Made by a program: the position numbers and the translations under genes. DNA of 64,000 nucleotides from Spirochaetia bacterium (GTDB lineage Bacteria; Spirochaetota; Spirochaetia; SP-2023): NCBI GenBank assembly GCA_965263295.1, contig OZ253665.1, positions 1,824,001-1,888,000 of the forward strand. The letters run 5' to 3'. The notes beneath the pieces were generated by a model that made no database searches, was not told the DNA's origin, and saw only the letters and a list, made by a program, of their open reading frames with translations. Position 1 is the first letter of the stretch; every line of letters begins with the position of its first letter. This document shows positions 56,638 to 64,000 of the stretch, piece after piece.

Positions 56638-57951
56638 ATGCCGGACAGAGTTCAATGCGATTTGCTCGTGGTCGGCGGTGGCCCTGCCGGCCTGGCTGCG
56701 GCTATTGAAGCCGCCAGAAACGGTGTCGAAAAGATACTGTTGGTAGAGCGCGGCAAAGAGCTGGGAGGCATCCTGCAACAGTGTATCCACAACGGCTTTG
56801 GCCTGCACGAATTTCAGCGCGAACTCACCGGGCCGGAGTATGCCCAGCGTTTTATTTCCGAGTTTTATCAAATCAAATCCATTGATTGCAAATGCAATAC
56901 GACGCTGCTTTCCATCGACGCAGCGACAAGCGAGCCGGCAGCCGCAGGCGCCGTCAAGCCCCAAATCGCCAAGGCCATCAACGAACAGGACGGTTATTTC
57001 AGCATTGAGGCAAGGGCGATCATCCTGGCCATGGGCTGCCGCGAGCGCACGCGCGGCGCCATTGCCATTCCGGGCACGCGCCCTGCCGGAGTTTTTACCG
57101 CGGGGGCGGCGCAGCAGTATATCAATATGGAAGGCTACATGGTCGGCAAGCGAGCGGTGATTTTAGGTTCTGGCGATATCGGCCTGATTATGGCGCGGCG
57201 CCTGACGCTTGAAGGGGCCACGGTCGAGGCTGTGGTTGAACTGCTGCCGTTTGCCAACGGACTCAGGCGCAACGTCGTGCAATGCCTGGAAGATTACCAG
57301 ATCCCCCTGCTGCTGAGTCACACTGTCAGTGAAATACGGGGCAAGGGCCGCGTGGAAGGCGTGCGCGTCGTCGAGGTCGATGAGAAATCGCGCCCCATCC
57401 CCAATACGCAAAGATTTCTTGACTGCGATACGCTCTTGTTGTCTGTCGGTCTGATTCCTGAAAATGAGCTGTCTCGCAAAGCGGGCATCATCATAGACCG
57501 GGGGAGTTCGGGGCCGCTCGTCAACGAGCAGCTGGAAAGTTCTGTCGCCGGCGTATTTGCTTGTGGGAATGTACTACACGTGCATGACCTGGTTGACTTT
57601 GTCAGCGAAGAAGCGCGCAAGGCCGCGCTCGCTGCCGCCCGCTTCCTCAAGCAGCCTTGGGTAGCCGGCGCAAAATCGGTCCCAATTCGGGCGGGGCATG
57701 GGATCCGCTACACTGTCCCGCAGAAGTTGTCCGCCGAGAATTTGCCGGAGCACGTGGATATTTTTATGCGGGTGAAAGAAATATATCAGCAGGCCCAAAT
57801 CCAGGTACACGCGGGAGGAACATTGCTGGCCTCTTTCGCCAAGCGCCATATGGCCCCCGGTGAGATGCAAAAGATTCGCATAAGCCAGAAGGTCTTGCAA
57901 CAAATACAGAGTTCTGCCTTGGAGGTCTCTGTTTCTGCGGTCGCAGAATAA
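56638..57951 (+). CDS. NAD(P)/FAD-dependent oxidoreductase (partner of the GlpA-like subunit)
   Basis: GGGPAG, GGILQQCIHNGFG, MGCRER, GSGDIG, CGNVLHVHDLVD. Confidence 0.9.
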   Translation: MPDRVQCDLLVVGGGPAGLAAAIEAARNGVEKILLVERGKELGGILQQCIHNGFGLHEFQRELTGPEYAQRFISEFYQIKSIDCKCNTTLLSIDAATSEPAAAGAVKPQIAKAINEQDGYFSIEARAIILAMGCRERTRGAIAIPGTRPAGVFTAGAAQQYINMEGYMVGKRAVILGSGDIGLIMARRLTLEGATVEAVVELLPFANGLRRNVVQCLEDYQIPLLLSHTVSEIRGKGRVEGVRVVEVDEKSRPIPNTQRFLDCDTLLLSVGLIPENELSRKAGIIIDRGSSGPLVNEQLESSVAGVFACGNVLHVHDLVDFVSEEARKAALAAARFLKQPWVAGAKSVPIRAGHGIRYTVPQKLSAENLPEHVDIFMRVKEIYQQAQIQVHAGGTLLASFAKRHMAPGEMQKIRISQKVLQQIQSSALEVSVSAVAE

Positions 57952-57989
57952 CGAAAATCCTTTGCCGGGCAGATATTGGGGATACGAAA

Positions 57990-58343
57990 ATGGAAGAAAA
58001 ATCTTTAGTCTGTGTCGTTTGCCCGATTGGTTGCCATTTGCAAGTGGATACGACAGCCGGTTATCGGGTCACGGGCAATCAGTGCAAGCGAGGGATTCTG
58101 TATGCCAGGGAAGAACTTACAGCCCCCAAAAGGGTGGTCACTTCCACGGTCAGGATATCGGGGGCCATTTATCCAAGACTTCCCGTCAGAACTTCAAAGG
58201 CCATTCCCAAAAAACGGGTCTTTGAGTGTATGCAGCTGATAAACAGCCTGAGAGTCTCGGCTCCAATAACGATGGGGACAGTGCTGGTAGACAATTTGCT
58301 TGACCTGGAAGACGTTCAGCTGATTGCCAGTAGGGATATGTAG
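57990..58343 (+). CDS. DUF1667-like CxxC..C..C small protein
   Basis: CVVCPIGC, GNQCKRG, PKRVVTSTV, LPVRT. Confidence 0.85.
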   Translation: MEEKSLVCVVCPIGCHLQVDTTAGYRVTGNQCKRGILYAREELTAPKRVVTSTVRISGAIYPRLPVRTSKAIPKKRVFECMQLINSLRVSAPITMGTVLVDNLLDLEDVQLIASRDM

Positions 58344-58449
58344 CCGTTTTTTCTGTAGCCTTCTTGCGCACAGAATTCAAGATACACTCCTCAGAGTGCT
58401 GTGGGCATCGTCTGGCATTCTGGCTTATTGCTTAGCTTAGTGTGGGGGA

Positions 58450-58528
58450 CATGAAAAATAAAAAAGCAGAAATTGAGCAGAAAAGTTGCAAGATACCTTT
58501 TATTTAGGGCTTTCAAAGGATGGATGCA
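58450..58528 (+). repeat. 79-bp direct repeat, copy 1
   Basis: Matches 58787-58865 with 7 mismatches; contains 11-bp-period GCAGAAA units. Confidence 0.92.
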
Positions 58529-58786
58529 AGACTTGAATAATCGGCCATTATTGACGGCATAATTTAACAAACTAACAGGCTAAAACTTTTAAGACTGTTA
58601 GTTTCTGCCCTTAAAAAGCAAAAAATTTTGCGGGGCAAAAGCCCCGTTTTCCTATCTTACGCCTTACGGCAGGGCTGCCGCCCTATCCCCGCTTGGGACT
58701 CCGCCCCAAACCCCGGCAGGAGCAAAGCCCCTGCACCCCATTTACCGCCATCGCTCAAATCGGCAACCGGTTTGTGGGGGGGGGGG

Positions 58787-58865
58787 CATGAAGAATGAAA
58801 AAGCAGAAATTGTGCAGAAAAGTTGCAGGATGTCTTTTATTTAGGGCTTTCAAAGGGTGGATGCA
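58787..58865 (+). repeat. 79-bp direct repeat, copy 2, preceded by G11
   Basis: See copy 1; poly-G at 58776-58786. Confidence 0.92.
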
Positions 58866-59034
58866 GGGCGTTTAAGTTTGAAAAAAATTGCAGGTTTTTG
58901 CTGTTTTCTTGGAGAAATTTGTAAAAAACTTGCAGAAATTTGCAGCCGTTTTTACTGATTTTCCGGGTGCGGTTTCGGCTTTCTGTGACGGGTCGACTGA
59001 GAGCGCCCGGCCGACTTTTGCTAAATGACAGACT

Positions 59035-60063
59035 TTGCGGGCGGCGCTAGCAATATCGAAATGCGTGAAGCGTGATGAGCGCGGCGGCCTGGCGCGCCTG
59101 GCCGCCTATGCATTTATGGCTAAACGCTTCGGGCTGGGCGACTGGGTAAAGTATCTTTCAAGCGCGGGAATGCCCGTGCGTGTGGGAAAGTACGAACCCA
59201 GGGCCAACACGGAGGAACGCTTGTTGCTCAAGCGGGCCTTGCGAATGATATCAAGCGACAAGGCGGCGGCAATACCCAAGAACACCAGTATTGAGTTTGT
59301 CGAGGCACAGAACAGCGGTGGCGCGAGCTTCAAGGCCCTGGCCGAGTATCTGGACAAGCAGATTGCGGTGGCGGTGCTGGGGCAAACCCTGACGAGCGGC
59401 AGCGGACAGCAAGGCAGCTATGCCCTGGGGCACGTGCACAACGAGGTGCGCCAGGACATCTTGAAGGCCGACTGCGTGAGTATTACGGCTGAGATTCAAG
59501 AGTTGGTCGATAAAATCTGCCTGGTCAATTTTGGGCCAGACAGTGCGCCCGCCTTGAGTATCAAGCCAAAGGCGCAAAAGGATTTGCAGAAGATGGCCGG
59601 AGTCGTCTCAACCCTGACGCAGCATGGACTGGAAGTACCGCTCAAGTGGATATATGAGGAATTTGGCATTCCCGAACCCAGGGATGGCGAGGAAACCCTG
59701 GGCAGCGCCGAGGGCCAGGCGAAAGACAGCCCAAAAGGAGAAAAAGACAAGAAAGGCGAAATGAATAGCCTGAACTTGTCGCAGCAGGCCCACAACAGCG
59801 AACTAAACTCATACGTGGTGCCCGGAGAAAAAGACCCGGACGCGGAACTTGAACAGCTTGAAGCTCAGGCCATGGAATTTGACTATCACACAAACGCAGA
59901 GGATGCGGTTTTGAAGGCTTTAAACTCATCGAAGGACTTTAACCAGTTTAATCAAAAGATGGCTAAAATCGCACTTAAGGAGCCAGAGGAGGGACTTGTG
60001 CAGTCTCTGGCCCTTGCGACGACCAAGGGGGCACTGCTGGGCCAGAGGGACGGCGATGCCTAA
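59035..60063 (+). pseudogene. Mu gp29-like (DUF935) portal protein, 5'-truncated
   Basis: GLARLAAY...DW...GMPVRVGKY, VLGQTLTS..GSYALGHVHNEVRQD, FGIPEP; N-terminal part and a proper start are absent. Confidence 0.85.
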
Positions 60064-61447
60064 ATATTACCGCATTCAGGACGTATCCAAAGAGGTTAGC
60101 CGCTACATTGCGGAAAAGGGCCTGAAAACCAGCCCCAACAGCTGGCGCGATATCTATGCCGCAGAGCACGCCAACGCCTTCACGGTGGCACGATTAAAGG
60201 ACTTAAACCTGCTGGGAAACGTGCAAAAGGAAGTCGCCCGCAGCATCGAAAACGGCGACACGTTTGAAGATTTCAGGGAGCGGATGAAGCCCAAGCTGCA
60301 AAGCTGGCTTGATAGCGTGCGCAAGAGTCCGCCGCCTGAGGTTGAAGGCCCGGAGCTGGACAAGTGGAAGAAGCGCAAGGACAACTACCGGCTAAGGCGC
60401 ATATTTGAGACCAACACGCGCCAGGCATACGCCAATCACCACTACAATCGCGGCATGGACAATCCGCTGGTCACGCATGTGATCTATCGCATTGGGCCGA
60501 GTATTCATCACCGCGTCGATCATGTCGCGCTGGACGGGATAGTCCTGCCCAAGGATGACCCTTTCTGGGACACGCACTGGCCGCCCAACGGCTGGGGTTG
60601 TAAGTGCTATACGCGCTTTATCACCAAAGATACATTGGAGCGCTACCGCAAGGAAGGCGTGCAGGACTTAAACGCCGGGGCAGAAAAAGACCAGAAGGGA
60701 CGGCCCACGGGACGGCTGCGCAAAAAGATGAAGCCGATCAATGAAGTGGCCCCGCCCATAAGGTATCGCCGGTTTGAGCGCGCAGACGGGCAGGTAGTAA
60801 ATGTACCCGCAGACATTGACCCCGGCTTTGAGTGGAACGCGGGCAAGGTGAATCGAAATACCTGGCTAAAAGATCAGGCAATCAGGAAGGCGCGGGCACT
60901 GGAGTTAAACCCAAAGGAACAACAAAAGCTGGAACAACTGATTGTTTCCAATAAGGCGCAGCAGCAAGCATACGAGGCTTTCGTAGAAAGACATTATGGT
61001 AAGGCTTCCAGCGGTAAAACTACGGATGTAGGATTGATACAGGACGCCTTAAAGACGGACAGTATGCATCGCTTGGGCGGTTTGCCGGACTCTGATTTAA
61101 TCATGATACAGGATAAGGTACTGAATTCCAAAGATCAGAGCCACAAGAGTTTTGCCTTCGGCGATAGCAGCGTGAGTAAGCGGGATTTCTTGAAGGTACC
61201 GCAGATGCTACAAAAGCCAGATTTATTGGTATGGGACAATAAGCGCAATCAATATGTAATAGTGATGCATACCAAGCGGCGGCAGCTATTATTCTTGCCC
61301 GTTGGAATCAACCGAATTAAGGCATTGAAGGGCAATTACTGGACATTGCGCAGTGTCTACCGTGTAGAGAGCTATAATGAAGCATTTAATGAAAAATGGC
61401 GGGGCGAGCATCGCTATGAAATTCTGAATCCCCAGAAAAAGAAATAA
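60056..61447 (+). CDS. Mu gp30/MuF head morphogenesis protein with C-terminal extension (nuclease-like toxin domain)
   Basis: EHANAFTVA, RLRRIFETN, HHRVDH..LDG..DDPFW..WPPNGWGCKC, IDPGFEWNAG, then about 180 aa extra; ATG overlaps the portal stop region. Confidence 0.88.
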   Translation: MPKYYRIQDVSKEVSRYIAEKGLKTSPNSWRDIYAAEHANAFTVARLKDLNLLGNVQKEVARSIENGDTFEDFRERMKPKLQSWLDSVRKSPPPEVEGPELDKWKKRKDNYRLRRIFETNTRQAYANHHYNRGMDNPLVTHVIYRIGPSIHHRVDHVALDGIVLPKDDPFWDTHWPPNGWGCKCYTRFITKDTLERYRKEGVQDLNAGAEKDQKGRPTGRLRKKMKPINEVAPPIRYRRFERADGQVVNVPADIDPGFEWNAGKVNRNTWLKDQAIRKARALELNPKEQQKLEQLIVSNKAQQQAYEAFVERHYGKASSGKTTDVGLIQDALKTDSMHRLGGLPDSDLIMIQDKVLNSKDQSHKSFAFGDSSVSKRDFLKVPQMLQKPDLLVWDNKRNQYVIVMHTKRRQLLFLPVGINRIKALKGNYWTLRSVYRVESYNEAFNEKWRGEHRYEILNPQKKK

Positions 61448-61503
61448 GGCGGAATACCTTGAGTTACTGCAACAGATGCAGGCCCAGGCAACTCGCCCTA
61501 CTT
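61440..61503 (-). ncRNA. Candidate small structured RNA, convergent with the MuF gene
   Basis: Long hairpin (AAGUAGGGCG/CGCCUUAUUU outer stem, UGCCU/AGGUA, CUGCA/UGCAG) with four G-U pairs on this strand, just downstream of a promoter and ending in a U-rich tract. Confidence 0.55.
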
Positions 61504-61509
61504 GATTCT

Positions 61510-61538
61510 ACTATAACACAGTTTTTAGCTTAAAGCAA
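61510..61538 (-). promoter_or_regulatory. Sigma70 promoter with extended -10, pointing back toward the MuF 3' end
   Basis: TTGCTT-17 nt-(TG-t)TATAGT on the minus strand. Confidence 0.65.
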
Positions 61539-61570
61539 GAAATTTTTATAAAAACTCTTAACCTTTATTT

Positions 61571-63040
61571 CTACTCAGGCGGGCAATCTGTAAGTGGAAT
61601 TTCTACTTTCCCCAATTTGGCTACTCCAGACTCTTCTTTTTTTACCAGTACTCTGAAATAAAAGTTTTCTGCGTTGTCTAATCCCATAGCATTAAAAAAT
61701 CCTGTATAGAGTCCAGATTTATATGCTGTATCTTTATCTATTATTTTTGCCATGTAGCCGTAATCCTCCCAGCAATGAGCCATTTTTCGCTCCCAATCAG
61801 ACCATGGTGAATCGTAGTCTTTGTCTTCTTTTATATCTGTATTCGCCACAAGGCCAACAATAGCCCCTCTCAAGTTCGCCCCTGTCAAGTACGCCCCTTG
61901 CAACTTCGCCCCTGTCAAGTCCGCCCCTTGCAAGTACGCCATTTCCAAGTCCGCCTCTTGCAAGTGCGCCATTCTCAAGTGCGCCATTCTCAAGTGCGCC
62001 CATTTCAAGTGCGCCATTTCCAAGTGCGCCCCTTGCAAGTTCGCAATTTCCAAATTCGCCCCCTCCAAGTCCGCACCCAACAATTTCGCCCGCATCAAGT
62101 CCGCCTCTCGCAAGTCCGCCTCTCGCAAGTCCGCCTCTCGCAAGTCCGCAACCAACAACTTCGCCTTTCGCAAGTCCGCCTCTTGCAAGTCCGAATCTTT
62201 CAAGTGTGCCTCTTGCAAATCTGCCCCTTGCAAGTCCGCGCCTTGCAATTTCGCGCCTTGCAATTCCGCCCCTTGCAATTCCGCCCCTCGTAAGTTCGCA
62301 TCTTTCAAGTTCGCCCCACTCAAGCACGCATCATTTAAGTGTGTCCATTTTAAGTCGAACTTGTAGTTTTCAGGATATTCCTTATTGCCAGATTCCTTAC
62401 TAAAATCGGAAAAAAATAATTTCAGTACACGATTTCTAACAGATGGGTTGATTTTTATATCATCCTTATCGTTCTTGTCAACGTCCCGGAGATATAAAGA
62501 GATACAGTCTAAAATTTTAATTTTCAAAGATTTATTGGATTTAGCTATCAATATCGACTCATCTTTAGATTTGTCTGGATATAGATCGTATAATTCACTT
62601 ATCCCCAGTAATTGTAGACGAAATTTATCTATACTATAGAGTTTTTCTAACGCTTCCCCATAGATTCTTTTTTGTTCATCTTCCCTGCGCAATTTCTCTT
62701 GTCTTTCATTGTCTTCTCTGTGTTTTTCATTATCTTCCCTGCGGTGTTCTTCTGTTCGATGAATGCGAATTGCGGAATAGACTAACCCAGAAATTGCTAT
62801 AGCGAGAGTTTCTAATTTTACCAGTAAGTCTTGAGCTCTCTCTTTGTCGTTGTCTGATACAGAAAAAATAAAAGACTTTAATAGTGCCAGAAATTTATAC
62901 CATTTCTCCTTATTTGGTAGGCAGTCATCAGACTGCCCGATAAAAATATACATTATAATCATAATAGCAGTGAATAATAAGAATAGGACGATAACCCAAC
63001 CAGAAAAGGTACGAAATAGAAACTTAATTAACCTTCTCAT
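61571..63040 (-). CDS. Membrane-anchored pentapeptide-repeat protein
   Basis: N-terminal TM segments, coiled coil, ALEKL..QLLGISEL motif, about 32 A(D/N/H/K)Lxx repeats. Confidence 0.9.
   Translation of the reverse strand: MRRLIKFLFRTFSGWVIVLFLLFTAIMIIMYIFIGQSDDCLPNKEKWYKFLALLKSFIFSVSDNDKERAQDLLVKLETLAIAISGLVYSAIRIHRTEEHRREDNEKHREDNERQEKLRREDEQKRIYGEALEKLYSIDKFRLQLLGISELYDLYPDKSKDESILIAKSNKSLKIKILDCISLYLRDVDKNDKDDIKINPSVRNRVLKLFFSDFSKESGNKEYPENYKFDLKWTHLNDACLSGANLKDANLRGAELQGAELQGAKLQGADLQGADLQEAHLKDSDLQEADLRKAKLLVADLREADLREADLREADLMRAKLLGADLEGANLEIANLQGAHLEMAHLKWAHLRMAHLRMAHLQEADLEMAYLQGADLTGAKLQGAYLTGANLRGAIVGLVANTDIKEDKDYDSPWSDWERKMAHCWEDYGYMAKIIDKDTAYKSGLYTGFFNAMGLDNAENFYFRVLVKKEESGVAKLGKVEIPLTDCPPE
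61860..62345 (-). repeat. 15-bp tandem repeat array encoding the pentapeptide repeats
   Basis: Units of GCG-nnn-TTG-nnn-nnn on the coding strand; GC-rich against AT-rich flanks. Confidence 0.92.
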
Positions 63041-63287
63041 TTTCAATCACCTGTATAGCATCATGTAGTAATGCTTCTTGATATTCTGCTTCTCCAACCC
63101 CATGCTCGGCGAAAAAGTCATCCAGCATGCTCTGGTGCAAATAGGCCAGCCCTTCAATGTCTAGTGCGCTCTCCGAAACGTTGGGGCCAAATTCCCGCAG
63201 CAGCAAAATAAGAACATATTATGAAGCCTTCCCAAATGAATAATATTTAGAATCATGGCTTTCTGTCAATTTACAAATTTAATGTTG

Positions 63288-63903
63288 TTAGGCGCCCCCT
63301 TCTTCCCGTATCCCGCCACAAATTCGGCCACGTAATAGCAAGTCTGATCCTTTCAGGTTCGCCAGCCTCAATGTTACACCTTGTAAGTTCGCTCTTTCCA
63401 ATTCCACATCTGTCAATGTCGCCCTGTATAAGTTCGCCTCTTTCAAATTGATCTGGTCTCCTAGAAGCTTAATCCCTTCTTTCATAAACAAATTAAATAT
63501 TTTATTTACAGTTCTAACGCTTTTTACTGCATGGTTTTTATCACTTACTTCTTTAATATTTACGCCAACTTCACGGGGGTATTCAAAAATGTTATCCAAG
63601 ATTTTCTTTTTTAAAGATTGTTTGAATTCCGGCTTATCTTCCTCTAAATATACGTTATATAAATCTCGCACACCTAGCAGTTGAAGCTCTTTCTTATCGG
63701 TTGTGTAAAGATTCCGCAAAGCTTCTGCGTAGCGTTCTGTTTGTTTATCCTCTCTGCGCAAGCTGTCTTGTTTTTCATTATCTTCCTTGCGATACTCTTC
63801 TGTCTTCTTGGAATTCTTCGCAGAAATCTTGAATATTAGAATAGTTACAATGGTACCCAGAGCACTTACAATGAGATCTATTACATCAAATAAATCACTT
63901 TTT
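63288..63903 (-). pseudogene. Degraded paralogue of the pentapeptide-repeat gene
   Basis: EEYRKEDNEKQDSLRRED..YAEALRNLY..LQLLGVRDLY aligns by eye with 61571-63040; in-frame TAA upstream with no good start; repeats cut off after ANLKGSDL. Confidence 0.8.
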
Positions 63904-64000
63904 TATGAGTCAAGTATTACTTGATATTTCGCTCAGATCAGTTAAATCTACAAAGAGTAAATTCACAAAAACTTCGCTTATTTCTTTATTATCAGGTTAT

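Noticed and set aside
58450..58865. DGR-like template/variable repeat pair (6 of 7 mismatches at A)
   Set aside because: No reverse transcriptase in the window, copy 2 is not at the 3' end of a target gene, the sequence is very A-rich, and most changes are ordinary A/G transitions.
61860..62345. Possible CRISPR array
   Set aside because: Contiguous 15-bp coding units with no unique spacers, and no cas genes.
61797..62403. Several overlapping ORFs in other frames and strands over the pentapeptide block
   Set aside because: Expected from a 15-bp periodic sequence lacking stop codons; they have no independent starts.

Overview
Bacterial chromosomal window, probably from an anaerobic spirochaete (inferred from the class I LysRS, a BB0323-like LysM lipoprotein and the housekeeping genes). 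A core backbone (lysS, ferredoxin, RNase HII-like gene, ndk, rubredoxin, three tRNAs, pnp, map, pgk, gap, mscS, topA, DUF368) alternates with accessory blocks. (1) 1-16.3 kb is a patchwork: a Bcr/CflA exporter, an Azt/Znu-type metal ABC system, and an Asp/dipeptide catabolic cluster (aspA-gltP-pepE-POT-pepD-yfcC'). That cluster is interrupted by a hydrolase gene bounded by a 79-bp duplication and truncated by an IS5 remnant, and gene fragments follow. (2) 35.9-40.6 kb is an AT-rich islet with a PHP/ABC-ATPase gene overlapping a Schlafen(AlbA_2)-GHKL gene (candidate defence pair), plus ribB. (3) 47-58 kb holds a tetrameric NADH-linked [FeFe]-hydrogenase with a divergent CBS-kinase/DRTGG/PHP module and a GlpA-like oxidoreductase trio. 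(4) 58.4-64 kb is a decayed Mu-like prophage piece (truncated portal, intact MuF with a C-terminal nuclease-like extension) followed by pentapeptide-repeat genes. The strongest novelty candidate is a promoter-driven, G-U-rich ~65-nt structured RNA encoded antisense, directly behind the MuF toxin-like gene, which could be an RNA antitoxin. No CRISPR array, rRNA or reverse transcriptase was seen. All family calls come from motif recognition by eye, not database searches.
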